A stretch of 60,000 nucleotides of DNA, taken from Lama guanicoe. Its lineage: Eukaryota. The translations under genes were made by a program, and so were the position numbers. Position 1 is the stretch's first letter. Each line of letters begins with the position of its first letter. The stretch spans positions 5,219,757 to 5,279,756 of the forward strand of contig MU054187.1 of assembly GCA_013239625.1 (NCBI GenBank), in the 5' to 3' direction. Of this stretch, positions 13,273 through 26,662 are shown piece by piece. The notes beneath the pieces were generated by a model. It had not been told where the DNA came from, did not search any database, and saw only the letters and a list, made by a program, of their open reading frames with translations.

Positions 13273-15879
13273 TATGCAGTACACTTATGTGAAAAAGACT
13301 TAACTCCACTAGTGGCATTGTATTAAAAAGTGTCAATTGATAGCAACAGGTCCCAAGGAATTACAGGAGAAATACAGAGGGGAAAAAAAAAGTGTTTTCA
13401 GAGTAGGCTGAGATTAATCAGGCAGGATTTAAGAAAGAAATATATCTAAGAGTTAGTTTTTAAAGATTGGCACTGTAGGAACTGTTTATTCTCAACAAAG
13501 GAAGCTTTTAAAAGTTGCCACTTTCAAATGCAGTGCTATTATCATTAGTAGTAAAATAGTAGAGGGGGAGAGGCAGGTGGTTTTAATTCCATCTGTAATA
13601 AACTTCAGCTATTAACCGTTTGATGAAACCGGGAATCTGTGTAGTATTGACTGCTCTTACCGATAATAGATTTCATTTTTAATCTTCTCAGAAAATGTAG
13701 TCAGCTCTGTCCTTGCTCTGAAGGGTCATTCAAAAGGCCAGATTATAAAGGTACAGCTCCTGCTCTGAACAACAACAGTAGGGTGAGTCCTGATTCACCG
13801 CCGTCCGGGCAAGCCATCGAGTTGTGCCATTACCGCTCCCATATGCAGCGGCAGAAGGGTGAAGAGAAACAAACATATTTCTGCTGGAGCACGAAGTTCC
13901 AACCTTTTCACTCAGCTTTTCTCTTAAGGGCCTGAGTCATAATGCCTGTTCAAGTTCTCTCGATCATTTTCCCCCACAGGTAATAGATGAAAGAGAAATG
14001 GGTCTGGAGAAGATCAAAATTCAAGAGTAAATAACTTTAATGAAAAGACCCACAGGCTGAGGAAATGAATTAAACTAGTATTTGAAGTCCTCCTACGTGT
14101 CTGGGTATAAAAATCGAATAGGGCATGCTCCTTTTCCATAGAAGGTGTACTTTCACCTCGGCGTGAGAAACTTAACACTCCTGAAAAGTGATCAAATAGC
14201 GATGTGCCGAAGGGACAGTGTACGCCAAATAATTATTAATAATTTTATACATTCCCTGTTCAATCGTTCTGTCTCCTGCAGAATCTCCTGGCTTTTTCCC
14301 GCCATGCCATTCTGAGGACAGAAACCGTCCCTCCTTTTCCCCTCTTTTAAAGTCAATCTTTTCTGCAAAACAATCAAGGTTACCCAGATGGCTGGCTTTC
14401 CTTGCGTAAGCGTCAAGCCTTGGGGAGAGAGGGATAACCCAGTGTGACTGGTTATCTCCTTCCTGTCTGTCGTCCACATTTCATCCTCAACTTTTGTTTT
14501 CAGCAGGAGTACACAAACACTTTCCTTTTTCAGCAGTGACCTTTCATTACTCATAGGCTTTGAGTTAATTCATGTAATTGAAATTTCCCAACAAGGGATC
14601 AAATTTGTACTAGGGAGAACTTTAAAAATGTCAGATTGGTTTTCCCCTAAATGTAATACATTTTCACCTTCTGTTAAATAGACAAGAATGGTAAATCATT
14701 AAAATATAGTAACATTTCCTATCTTTTGGCACCACACACCTTATCGTAAACTGAATTGTTATAAAAAGTTCTCGTTTTCCTCATTAGAATGCTGTTAAAT
14801 CAGAAACTGTATTCCTGATGTAAGGAATTAACAGCAAATTCATCAGTGATTCTCAATTTTTTTTGGTGACAAATCCTGTGGAATTTATGCTACAATAAAC
14901 ACGTAATAGCATCATATGAACTAAGAACAATTTTATTAATTTAAAATATTACTATATTATGTGTGATGACCTTTAAGAATAATACTATATCACTGTCATT
15001 AATAGTTTTAGGAACAATAGTTCTATTTTTCCTTTTATATTCTGTCTCTTTTTTAATCTGTTTAGTCACCTGCTAGAATGCACAGACAGATGTGCACAGG
15101 CAACAAAGTGTAAAGGGAAAAACATGAGGGAAATCCATCATTGAGACTCCATTAAATACACAGACACACACATTATCATGCACATTTTTGGTTGGAAATA
15201 GGTTACCAACATTAGATTTTAGTATAGCAACACCCCAGCCTATTTTGTAAAATATGAGTGTATGAAGAAAATAAAATGTGAAATTCATGTGTTATCATAA
15301 AGTAAACATTATTAAAATAAAATTAAAATGTTCTTATTAAAATTAAAATCTTGTTAAAATTATAATGATATAAAATGTTAAATTATGATCTAGTTTCTAC
15401 AAACTGGACATAAATGTAGTTCAAATATTGATTATTAAATATGCTTCTATGTTTTTAAAAATGCACATCCAAAACATAAAACATAAACTCATGGTATATG
15501 ACAGTAATAATGAATGTTGGTAAATTTACATATCAGTATATACCTAGTGAACACTAGATCCATTGCCTAATTAGAATTTAGAATTTTCACTTTGTTTTTG
15601 ATGGGCCAACCGTCTTTATGCGTCTCTCCAAAGGTTTTCACTGTAATATTTCCAGATTCGAAGAGCAGAGTGACGTGGAGCAGATCTTCCTTGCTTGTGT
15701 GAACAACTAGAAAACTGGATGGAACATACATGATAACACTTTTGTACATTAGACAGGAGACAGCACAGAACTGTGATCTTTTAGGAGAAGGAAACAAATG
15801 AAATGGGCCTTAGAATTGCTCTAGCTTTTTCTTGGAGGCACATTTCAGTTCATGCAGAGAGAGTGACCCTATGTAGAGG

Positions 15880-16576
15880 AAAGAGAGATTAGAGATTAGA
15901 GATGTTGAAAAAGCTGGAGATTGTGGGGCAGAGTTCCAAAGGGAGGGATACTACAAAGAAAAATAATTTTTGGAAACCTCTGTAAGTCCTCTAGAGTCCT
16001 TCCTTGATGCTAAGGTATGTGCAAGTGGAGGGAAAGTACACGAAGCTGGGTGAGGAGATTCTGGAGAGCTGTAAGCTGACTCCTTCCCAAAGTTCACACA
16101 GGGTAGAGAGACATGCAGGCTTTGGTCGTAAACAGTAGAGAACATTCTTTCTGAGCACCCAGGGAATTCAGTAGAGACCCCAGGTGTGTTCTCACCCTAG
16201 TAGTAAGGCTAAAAACAATAATTAGGGTAAAGGCTGGTCTAGACCATCCTAACAATGCTGGAAGAGAATCTAGCCTCATGAGGGAATCTAGCTTATTGGA
16301 AGTAAGGAAGCCTGCCAGAACAAAGCTTAACACCCTTTCAAGAACTCAACTTTGTAACAACACGGTACCCAGAGCCCAATCAGAAATTGTCATACACGAC
16401 AAGAAACAGGAAATGCAATTTATGACTAAGAAATATCTTAAAGAAGAACCAGGAACAGGTGTGAGAAAGAGGAGACAAATAGCAAGAGTGCAGATTTAAA
16501 CCCAAATATAGTGATATTACATCAAATTTAATTATAATTAAAAGAGATTGTTAGGCTGAATAGAAAAATCAAGACC
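15880..16576 (+). mobile_element. Old L1M fragments (5' region joined to start of ORF2)
   Basis: 'cacgacaagaaacaggaaa' and 'aaatagcaagagtgcagatttaaacccaaatatagtgatattaca...agagattgttaggctgaatagaaaaatcaagacc'. Confidence 0.55.
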
Positions 16577-17199
16577 TTTCTCCTTCCCCCTTTCTTCTGC
16601 ATAAAAAAACCATACAAAAAGTATAAATAGGAGGACCAGTGATGAGCAACAGCTGAAATTTACAGTTTAGACTAGTCATTCATTTGACTGCTGTTTCTAA
16701 TGACTTTGTAAAAATGTTTACAAACAAATGCCTTCAATATGTTTGAAATTTTCAAAATGTTTTCCTTTGTGGTATCACCTATGGCTTCACTGATTAGAAA
16801 GATACTAGTTTTGAATATTTGGAAAATATTCAGAATTACCCTTGTCCATTAGGAAACATTCTCATGCAGTATGATGGAATCTTTCATGTGCTTTCACCAT
16901 TTCCGAACAATAATCAGTGATCTCTCTAGTGAAGTATTTGCTAAGTAGAATTAGTACTAATTGATAAATCTTATTAATAAATATAAAGAAGATATCAAAA
17001 CTAGAGATCTCATTTAAAAGTATACTCTGGGATAAAGTTTGGTACAAGTCACAGAGTTAGTGACAGACTTACAAAGCTAGCTACAAATCAAAATTTTTGT
17101 GTATTTTTATTTTTTTTTTAATTGTGCTTTTATTTGTGGTCTTGAAGTGTATTTCATATAGGAGCCAACTTCCTCTCTTGTCTTTTTTTTTCCTCTAGG

Positions 17200-19340
17200 A
17201 ATTTCTTAAATATTATTTCCTCTGTGTGCTTATGAACTTCAGAAGTGTTCTCCTCTGTTTTAGTAAGAGTTCTTCTGGAATTCTGTGTAAAGCTTAATTA
17301 ACTTTATAGTTTAAGTTCAGTCATCAGATACAATTACTTCCCATTCAACGGAAATTAAGTATCATAAATGTATCCTGGATTGCTTTCAAATGGCACACGT
17401 ATTTCTGGAATTTAGTCCTAAAATGTTTTAAGAATATTTTCTGTTACCACAAGTTGGATCTTTTGGGTTCCAATATGTATTTCAGCCAAGTATGTAGAAA
17501 TTGAAGAATATATTGATTTTTCTATACTTTCCTGGAACATAGCTACAACTATGTTATAATCCAACCCAAAAGGACTAACCAAGTGCCCACATTCTGCTCT
17601 GTTTTTTAAAGTAATTCTTGGCTCCAGTTGATGTATATTATGTCATCTGATAATGAATCTGATACTGTTTCTTCTCTTCCAAAATTCAAAGTTCTAATTT
17701 TTTCATGACGTATGGCACTGTGAAGAATGAGCACCATTTTTTGTCACTAACTGAATTTGGTGAAAATGCTTTTAGAGTTTTTAATGCTGAGCTTTTGGCT
17801 TAGACTAGATTTTCTTTGTTAAGAAAGAAGAACCTATTCTCATTATAATTTTAAAAAGTTGTAATATATGTTGAAGTCATCATGAAAATATCAGAATTTT
17901 AATTTTCTGATTTGTCTTATGCTTGTGGTAGTTATTCTAATAGCTCCCTTAATATTGCAGCATCCTTATATACTCAGGATTAAACTTTCTTGATCATGAT
18001 TTGGCATAAGGTTTGGTTGAAAGCAATTTTGTGAGAAACAAATTAGTCATAATGAAGTGTTCATAAAAGTAAAACCAGCTCTAGAATAAATATTCCCCAT
18101 CATTCTTATTCAAACAATTATTATAACCAAATAGATTTTTAAAATTGACTCTGACTTTTAAAAATTATAAACGTTTTCTTCTGTATCTTTCTGTTGATAA
18201 ATTTTTCAATTTTAATAGATCTTAAATAGATAACCTCAGTGTGACTTCTTTACTAAACTTAAGGTTTGTATCATATTTTCCTCATTGAATAAATTATGTG
18301 GCTCCCACTATTTTTCCATGTTCTGTAATAGATCATCTAACCTAAAAATACTTCTACTGTGGTATTTTAAATACTCATTTAGTTAATCTATCAATATTTG
18401 CTGCATTTTAGAGATTGATTTTTAATAAATATTTCACAATTTCTTTTATATTTATTGGCCTACATGTATATGTTAACTTGTGTCAAGTATACATTTTGTA
18501 CTAATTTATAGAATTTCAACCGTTTGGTTGAATAATTAAAATTAAGTGCCACTATCATGGTATAATACTTAAAAAGAAAATCTCATTTTCTTCTCCATCC
18601 TTATTTTAATTTAGGTTTGTCTTTTTTCCATTATTAAATTTGCCAGGACTTTTAAATTTTATATCATTGCTTTATCAGCAAAATAAGTTTTTAGATTTGT
18701 CATCCATCTATTATTTCTCTACTGTCCAAATCATTTTATCTTACTACATACGTCAGCATTTCTAGAAAGAATGGTTTCCACCCACTATGGATTGCTGGAA
18801 AATTGCATGATTCTTCAGTGGTGAACTCAAACTTCTAAATTTTAGAGACCTTGACCCTGGCCTCTGGAGAACTACACACACACACAGTGACTTAAGAGAA
18901 GATAGAGAGCATAGCTAGGAAGTCTTTATTTTATTTAATTTTTTTTGCAAATGAGTTGATTTTATCTGTATCCATTTTCTTTTCAGTACACTCCCCAGTT
19001 TTGACAATTGGTTTAGCACAAAGAAAGTCTTTTTTTTTTCTAAAAAAAAATTACTGAACTCATACCATACTAGGTAAAAATAAATTTCTTAAATTGCTTC
19101 TACCTGTATCTCATAGGATCAGATGTGTAGTGTTTGCATCTTCTGAATATTCTAAAAAAGCTCTCTCACATTTTTCTTTGAATATTTCCTAATGTGGGAA
19201 AGATGTCCTTAGGAGTTTTTGTATTTTATGACAAGTATTTGATTTTACCATCTTGGATCTTCAGACAATAATTCATGGTATTTTGAATCTATTTATTTTT
19301 CTTTTTTGGCCTAGAACAGTAACAGTACTTGTGTATTATC
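17200..19340 (-). mobile_element. Highly decayed L1ME-like ORF2 remnants (patchy)
   Basis: Scattered antisense L1 ORF2-like motifs, e.g. 'tgtagaaattgaagaatatattgatttt' and 'catccttatatactcaggattaaactttcttgatcatg'. Confidence 0.45.
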
Positions 19341-19374
19341 TGTGGACTCCTGATAATTGGGATATTGGGAGGGA

Positions 19375-19592
19375 GACAGCTAATGATTCTTAAGTACCTA
19401 CCATGTAAGAATGCTTTCAATATTTATCTCATTTAAACCCCACAGCAATCCAGTGAGGTGAGAATTATTATCATACTTTTTCCAGTGGAAAAACAGATTT
19501 AAAGTTAACTGACTTGCCCAGATCACGTCTTTAGTATGTGGTGGTGCTGGAACTCAGAGGTGGGTGTGTAAGACGCCGAAACCTGATGCCCT
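19375..19592 (-). mobile_element. MIR SINE
   Basis: 'atctcatttaaaccccacagcaatccagtgagg...gttaactgacttgcccagatcac' is the MIR core. Confidence 0.8.
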
Positions 19593-22500
19593 TTTTCTAA
19601 ATTAGTGTCTTTTAAGGAGATGTAATTCCTATTAGGGGGTGCACGGAGTTTGATATTTATCTAATTGTTGTACATTTTCTGGATTATTCATTTCTCTGCT
19701 CTCCTTATTCAATTTTTAATGGGAGTTACCCAGGATAATTGGATGCCGTAATTTAATAGTGGATTTTTTGAAATGTGTGTTCCCCAGGTAATCCATCTCA
19801 TCTGTGCTGTGGCTTCAACTGCTACACTTCTGGCTGTCAGCTTTCAAACTTATCTGAGTTCTAGGCTTGAGCTCAGCCAATGTTTTTAAAAACTCAGATT
19901 GAATATTTTACCATTTTGAAGTGCATATTAAGAATTATTAATAAACATTTACTGCAGAACATTTGGAAAACAGTGAGAAACATGAACAAACATAATAAAA
20001 ATCACCTCTAATTCCATGAGCTGAGAGAACCACCATTTTCATGAATTTTCTTGCTGTTCAACTTCTTTGTCTTTGAGAGGTACACACATACACTTTATTG
20101 ATCAGCTAGAATCACATCAATGATTCTAGTTTCTAATTTCCTTTTTCTTTTCTACTTAACAAGATAATGTGAACATTTTCATGTTGTCAAATATTCTTCA
20201 GGAATGTGATTTTTTAAATTAGCCTCATTGTACTGTGTTGTGAGGATGAACTATAGGGTAACAATTCCACGTTGTGCATTCACAACTACAATTACAGATT
20301 TTTATGCACATCAAGGGATGGATAGTCATGTGTGCAGTAGTTTGAATTGCACCTGGTTACATAACAAATGAACTTACTTTTGATAAAATTTCATCTGGCA
20401 GGGTGGCCTTGGAATTGAGCATCCAGGAACTAATCGTAAAATATTCATCGTACTTTCGACAGCATCACTGTTTCTTTTAATGGTGCGCTCCATTTTATCA
20501 CGGGTGGATTTCATTGCGTACCACCTCTCCAGTAATATCCCAAGCCTCTCTCTCCACACAACTTGCATTCTTTAATGAGTCTTTCTATCAGGGGGTCTAA
20601 TGCTGCCAATAATTTTCCTATGCTGATGACAACAGATACAAGAACTAAAGTGACTGCTTTAGCTAATGATCGTCTAAGGACAGGTAAACGCAGAAACCAC
20701 GTTTTAAATGGAATTAAATGCTGTAGAGTAAATCTTGATGAGTCTCTTCATTACTAATGCTGCTTCTTTTCTTGGCTTCGCCCGAATTTCTTCTTACACG
20801 TTCTCAAATCTGTTATCTGTATGTTTTTGCCTTCCTGTAAGTGGTTTGTGAAATAAAGAGAACATTTACTTCCCATTTGACTACTTTATAATAGCGTCTA
20901 AATAGGAAAGTTGTGAGCGAATGTTCACATATAATGTGAAGCTATTGAATTTTTTTCATAAAAGGCGAGAAAAAGCAAAAAAAAAAAATCTCATTTCACC
21001 TAATGCTTTTCACAGATTGCCAGAAACTAAGACTCTTTATCATTGGAAAGAAAATGTTGCTTTTCTTCAATAGGAAACAAACATATTTGCATGATAACAA
21101 AATGAGGAAGCTGTAAACAGAAGGGTAAATTTTGGTTGTTGCCATGCTGACGGAGCTAACTGTACTGTCAAAACCCTCAGAGACATTTGGAGAATATTTT
21201 CACACAAAAGGTGAGGATCTATTTATTCATTAGCATCTAGGGTTTACTTCCCAAACACAAGTAAGCACTTTTAAAAAAAATTTAAAATCTCGATGACCTC
21301 AAGTCTCCTATCCCATTTCCAATAGCCATCTAGGGTGACTTCATCATCTATCGTGTTTGCAGGACCTTCTGCATCCACTGGCTTTAGCTGGCACTAGCCA
21401 TGCCACTGATCTCTTCATCTCTTTGATTTGCTCCATCTCCCTTTCCCTTCTGGAGAAACTGCTCTAGCCACTGTGCCATCTAATCCTGATTTGGTTCTTC
21501 TGTATTTTCCATGTCCACTGTCACTTCCTTGCTCACGGAGGCTTCTCATTCCAGCCTGGGCTTGTTAACTTCCGGCCATTCCTGGCTTCTGTTAGAATAA
21601 CTAATTTAATCTAAATCCCCAGGTTCTGATTTCTGTTGCTGCTCTTACTACGCCTGAACCATTAGGAACTGATACAGGGGCCATAGATGAATGGGTCACG
21701 GATGCATGGACTTCCATCAGCCTCCACCAGTTACTCCCAGTCACCAGCAGCCTGTTTGCTCCAGAGTGCCGTCCAAACGTACCATTTCCTGTGTGTCCTG
21801 TGACATGGTAGAGACTAGGAATCACTGGGCAGTAGGTAACAAGTGAATGAAGGAGTTGATAATTGGCACCTTGTGATATTGAACCTTGAATGAGTTATGA
21901 TCATCACGCGAGGAACTGTGGTACAGATTATGGATGACACAGGGGGAGTTAGGTAGTCTGTCCTTAAAGAGACGTCAGTATAGTTGGGGAGACAAAACAC
22001 ACAGAACTACCACGGCAGTCCATGACAGGTACCAAATACCCATCACAGAGGCAAAGTGCCAGGGAGATCAGGAGTCAAGGGTAAGGGAGGGCTGCCCCAG
22101 AAAGCAAATAGAAAAGGAGTCTTAAAAGATGACTAGGAGTCCTATTGGTAACAGGGCGTCTGGCTGACATCAATATTCTAAGGAATTATTCCATTGTGAA
22201 AAGGCAATTAAGATACAAACCATTTTGTATTTTCTAGGCTAGAATCATCAGCAAGAGGCAAATCTCAAAGTTGATTTACTTGAAATTTTTGATATACAAT
22301 TTGAAAATATTTCAAATAACTTATCATCTTTCTCCCCCTTTTAAGTTACACGATTGAAAAATTTTTAAAAGTATCCCTAAATCTAATTTTCTTTTGTCTT
22401 GTCTGGGTTTATTTTGGGTGGGGCAATATTGTTTTTGTTGCCTTTTTTTTTTTTTTAACTGTAGGCTTTTTTTTTTCCCCCTCTCTATTTCTTCTTCTAT

Positions 22501-23482
22501 TTTTCCTTTGTTTCTGATCAGAATGACTTGAGATAAAGAAGGGAGAAACCAGGATTCTCAGCGCAGGGGCAGGTGGCCCCTCTGTGATCTCAGCCAGCTG
22601 CAGTTTTGATCAGCCATAAGAAAGAAAATGATGAAAAGGGACAAGTGAGAAGGAAGAGCTCCCACTCCCGACTCCACAACCTCCGTCTGGTGGGGTCCTT
22701 TTCTCTGAGTACTTAGTTAGGGGTTAAAACTGAGAAAAGTGAGCTAAGGAACTGGAAAGTCGTACCTGCCTTTTCAATATTTCCTAAATTGGTCTCAGCA
22801 GCAGCAGCTTTAATGCGATGCTGGGAATACACTTCCTTTTAAGCAACATTTGGCTTGTGGTTTATCTTAAAATGAGTCAACCTCCCTGATATCTTAAAAA
22901 AAAAACAACACTTCAGTGTTACAGAATTAGCTCTCAGCCCTAACCTGAGGACATAACATTAGTTTCCTGTAAATTACTATATAAGCCCAAAACCGTTATG
23001 AACACCGAGCACTTGACTCTATCCAGGCACCACAGTGGAATCCTATTTTTCCTCCACGGGAGAGAGACGGTTGAGATTTTGTTCCCCCTGCGTGACTGAT
23101 TCCACATAGCAGCTATGTGTTTTTCTTTTTCAATGATCTTTTTCTACTTGGTGAATCTTTCAATACACTGTAAATATTTAAAGTAAATGCATTTTAGAAT
23201 CCCAGAAAGACATGTGACTGTCACTTCAGTGAGAATTTCACATACTCTCTCTCATTCTCAGGAATGTGTACACAGGTCCTTGAATGGATAATGCAAAATT
23301 CTACCTCTGTTGTCATGCTAATCTGTTTCCTACCATTTTTCTATGTGGACTTTCCTCCTTTGAGGCCAAACTGTTTTATTTCTCCCCTTGAATTGGAAAT
23401 CATTCTTGGCCTATGACAAAGATTTTAAGAGTTATGATATATATTACAGAATTCCTTGTGTCTCTATTAATGTACTTTCTTT

Positions 23483-23828
23483 TTCTTTTTTTTAACTGAA
23501 GTGCAGTTAGCTTACAATGTTGTGTCACTTGCTGGTGTACAGCATGATGCTTCAGTCATACATATACATGCATATATTCCTTTTCATATTCTTTTTCATT
23601 ACAGATAACTACAAGATGTTGAATATGGTTCCCTGTGCTCTACAGTGTAAACTTATTGTTTACCCGGTTTTGTGAGGATTTCCTTGTATTTCTGATGGAA
23701 GAGATATGCTGCCAAAGCTCAGTAGGTGTTCTGTGTGATTTGCTCCATATGTGGATGTGGCTTTTGCTGTTTTCACGGGCGAGGGTGAGCTAGGCGTCCT
23801 TCTACTCTGCCATCTTGGCCCAGTTTCT
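23483..23828 (-). mobile_element. Bipartite mini-L1: L1 5' terminus fused to L1 3' terminus, with poly-A and TSD
   Basis: The minus strand reads ggccaagatggcagagtagaaggacgcctagctcacc... (L1 5'UTR start with YY1-type site). It switches at ~23663 to the L1 3'UTR and poly-A. 16-bp TSD at 23467-23482 and 23829-23844 (14/16 identical). Confidence 0.75.
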
Positions 23829-23854
23829 TTACTGTACATTCTTTAACTTCTTTG

Positions 23855-24390
23855 GATCAGTCAGATTTTGCTATAAATCAAACCACCCCCATAATTAAGT
23901 GGATGAAAACAACAGTGATTTATTATGTATCAGGATTCTCCGGGTTGCCTGAGAGAATTCTTTTCCAGCTTTCTTTGGCTCACTCATGTGGATACACTTA
24001 GCTGGAGGATTGGGGGACGGGGGCCAGGAAGGGCACAACCAGCTTCATCCAGGCATCTGGCCATCAGTGCGATGCTGACCCTTGGGTGAGCTACCTCAGT
24101 TCTCTTCCACATGGCCTCTCATCCTCCCAGAGGTGAGAATGCTTTCCTTGTGTGATGGTCTCAAGGAAAAAGCAGACACTGCAGGGCCCCCTCAGGCCTC
24201 TTTCCAACTTCAGAAGTTGCATGAAATTACTTCTTTGCACTCTGTTGGTCAAAACAAGTTAGAACATTCGTCTAAATTCAAGAGCGAGGGGGGAGGTGGC
24301 GGAGGTGGGTAGGGAGGCAAAGGTACATTGCAAAAGGGTGCACATACTGGGATGAGACAAATTTGTGGCCATAGTTTTCAGCTGGGCACA
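23855..24390 (-). mobile_element. MaLR LTR (old MLT1 subfamily)
   Basis: 'aaaccacccccataattaagtggatgaaaacaacagtgatttatt', 'cagttctcttccacatggcctctc' and 'ctctgttggtcaaaacaagt'. Confidence 0.75.
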
Positions 24391-24654
24391 TTCCTTTACT
24401 TTGCACATTTTTGTGTCAAATAGTTCCTTTTTGTTGAATTCCCAGAAATCAGCTCCAAAGTCTACTGAATTTTGTAGCTTTGGGAAAAACCCAAGAGTTT
24501 TGTGTTATTCTCTAAGTGACAGAAATCCGGCTGTGTCTTGACCACGTGGCCTATCATCCCCCAAGTCCCTCCTCTCAGCTTTGTGCAGAATGCATGGTTG
24601 GTGTGGTTACCATCAGCTAGGACGGGAGTCTGGATCAGGTGGATCATGGATGAA

Positions 24655-25165
24655 GGACTTTTTAGGTTTTTTTTTTTTTTGCTTCAAATAACAGAAAATT
24701 CAATTCAAACTGGCTTAAACTATAAAAGGAAGTTATTGGCCAACATGAGAAAAATCTAAAAGAGGTCAAGTACCAGATACAGCTTAATTAAGGGACTTAA
24801 TCCTGTCACCAAGAAACCCATTTCCTTTTGTTTTCTGCTCTTTCTTCTGTGTTGTTGACTCATTCTCAAGGCTGGCTTCATCCATGGCTCCCAATCAATG
24901 TCTGACTCTCCTAGGGTGATTGATGTACATACGCTAATGTCCAGCAAGAGACAGCTTTGCCTCAGAATTCTCATTGAAATATTATTTTTATTCAACTGAC
25001 TTGTTATGTGTCCACCCTAGAGGGGTGGGCTTTGCTGACTGGGTTGGCTTAACCCATCTGCTAAGGCAGGTGAAGACAGTGATTTATAAACAAATGTTTC
25101 CCTAGATGGAAACTAACAGTTGTTGAAAAGGAGGAAGGGATGCTGGGGAGGCAGCCAGTACCACA
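24655..25165 (-). mobile_element. MaLR LTR (MLT1J/K-like)
   Basis: 'taacagaaaattcaattcaaactggcttaaac...ggaagttattggc' and 'ctgtgttgttgactcattctcaaggctggc'. Confidence 0.65.
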
Positions 25166-26033
25166 GTGGATTAGAGGAGCAGCAAGCCTGTTCTAGGATT
25201 ATCTTGGATTGAGGTGAAGTTTATGTGGCCATCCTGAGGCCAATCCATGTATCACAGCCTGGGTGTTAAGAATAGCAAGTGTGAACTGGGAGATGAGCTG
25301 GTGGGTCAGAAGCCAGCAGATCAACAGGGAGCTACAGCCGGAGATAAGGATGCAGCAAAAGGAAGGCCTCGGTGGCCATGAGACCATCATGCCAACCTTC
25401 TAAACAGAGCTGGTCTGTGTGTTCTTAATAACGCGGAGGGTGGAGTAAGAAAATGCCAGGTCTCCACTGTGTTGGTTCAGCAGGAAACAGGCTGAAGGAC
25501 CTTAGACAGTCATGTATTGGTGCCTCCAAACTGATGCCACCCAACACCCCACCAGAAAGTGCAGAGAAACTCTCAAGGGATGCCAGCCACACACCCATCA
25601 GCCAGCTTCAGCACCCACTGGGCCTGACATGGATGTCACTGTTATCCACAGCAGTATCACCACACAGTGAGGGACACCTTAGAGGGGACCTCCAAGTGTC
25701 CACCAGGAGACTGGAGCATTTTGTTTGACCCACTGTGTTTAAAAAGAAATACTCGGTCAGCTTTTAAAAATGGTTTTACTAATAGAAATACTATTGTTTG
25801 CTTATTAAAAACACAGGGCTTGCATCCCCACAGGACAACCACTGCTTGGATCCAGGGGTTATAGCTAATTTTGGAAGAATCTGTGCTCTCTACAGGGTTC
25901 ATTCAAACTGTGTGTTTGCAAACATTTATGCCAGCGTGGACCCTTGATTCGTCTGAGTTTGGACCCTTAGTGAAAACTAAGCAGAATTAATAAGAGAAGT
26001 AGTTAAAGAATCTCAGACCACAACTGCATCGTA

Positions 26034-26144
26034 CTTCTTCTTCTTCTTCTTCTTCTGCTGCTGCTGCTTCTTCTTCTTCTTCTGCTGCTGCTTCTTCTTC
26101 TTCTTCTTCTTCTTCTTCTTCTTCTGCTTCTTCTTCTTCTTCTT
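26034..26144. repeat. Compound trinucleotide repeat (CTT)7(CTG)4(CTT)5(CTG)3(CTT)11(CTG)(CTT)6
   Basis: 37 consecutive triplets counted directly. Confidence 0.95.
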
Positions 26145-26662
26145 CCTCTTCTCATCTCAGAATGGGAAGCTCTGGATTGAGCATGTGAGGGGCAAAGAAA
26201 CCCTTTCTTGCTCATGGTTTTATTCTCTCTGCAATTCTCACAGGATGTGTGCAAGAACTGACTTAATCTAAAGAGTCAGAGGGAAAGTGGTAGCCATCTT
26301 AAATACTCTGTGTCTCCAAATTATGTTGGTCAAATAAAAGAAAAAACAAGAAGAAACATTTCTCTTGAATAATCTGGAATACTGAGGTAAGAAGAGGTCA
26401 AGAAAAAGAAGGATATTTTCTTCAATCACCCACTTGGTTTTTTTCTTTCAGGGGAATTGATTTCCTAAAATTAATATTTGTGGGAAAAAAGATTTTTATT
26501 AATGTAATATTTGAAGCACACAAATGGGATGGCATGTATGTGCAGGTTAAGAAGTGCAATAATAAAAGAGATGCTTGTTAATCTACTGCCTAAGACTCAG
26601 ACAGCATCTGCAGTATCATTGAAGAACATGAACATGTTCTGTTTTGATCATTTCTGCCCACA

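Noticed and set aside
26003..26254. Arg/Ser-rich ORF resembling a protamine or SR protein
   Set aside because: It is just the translation of the CTT/CTG microsatellite on the minus strand.
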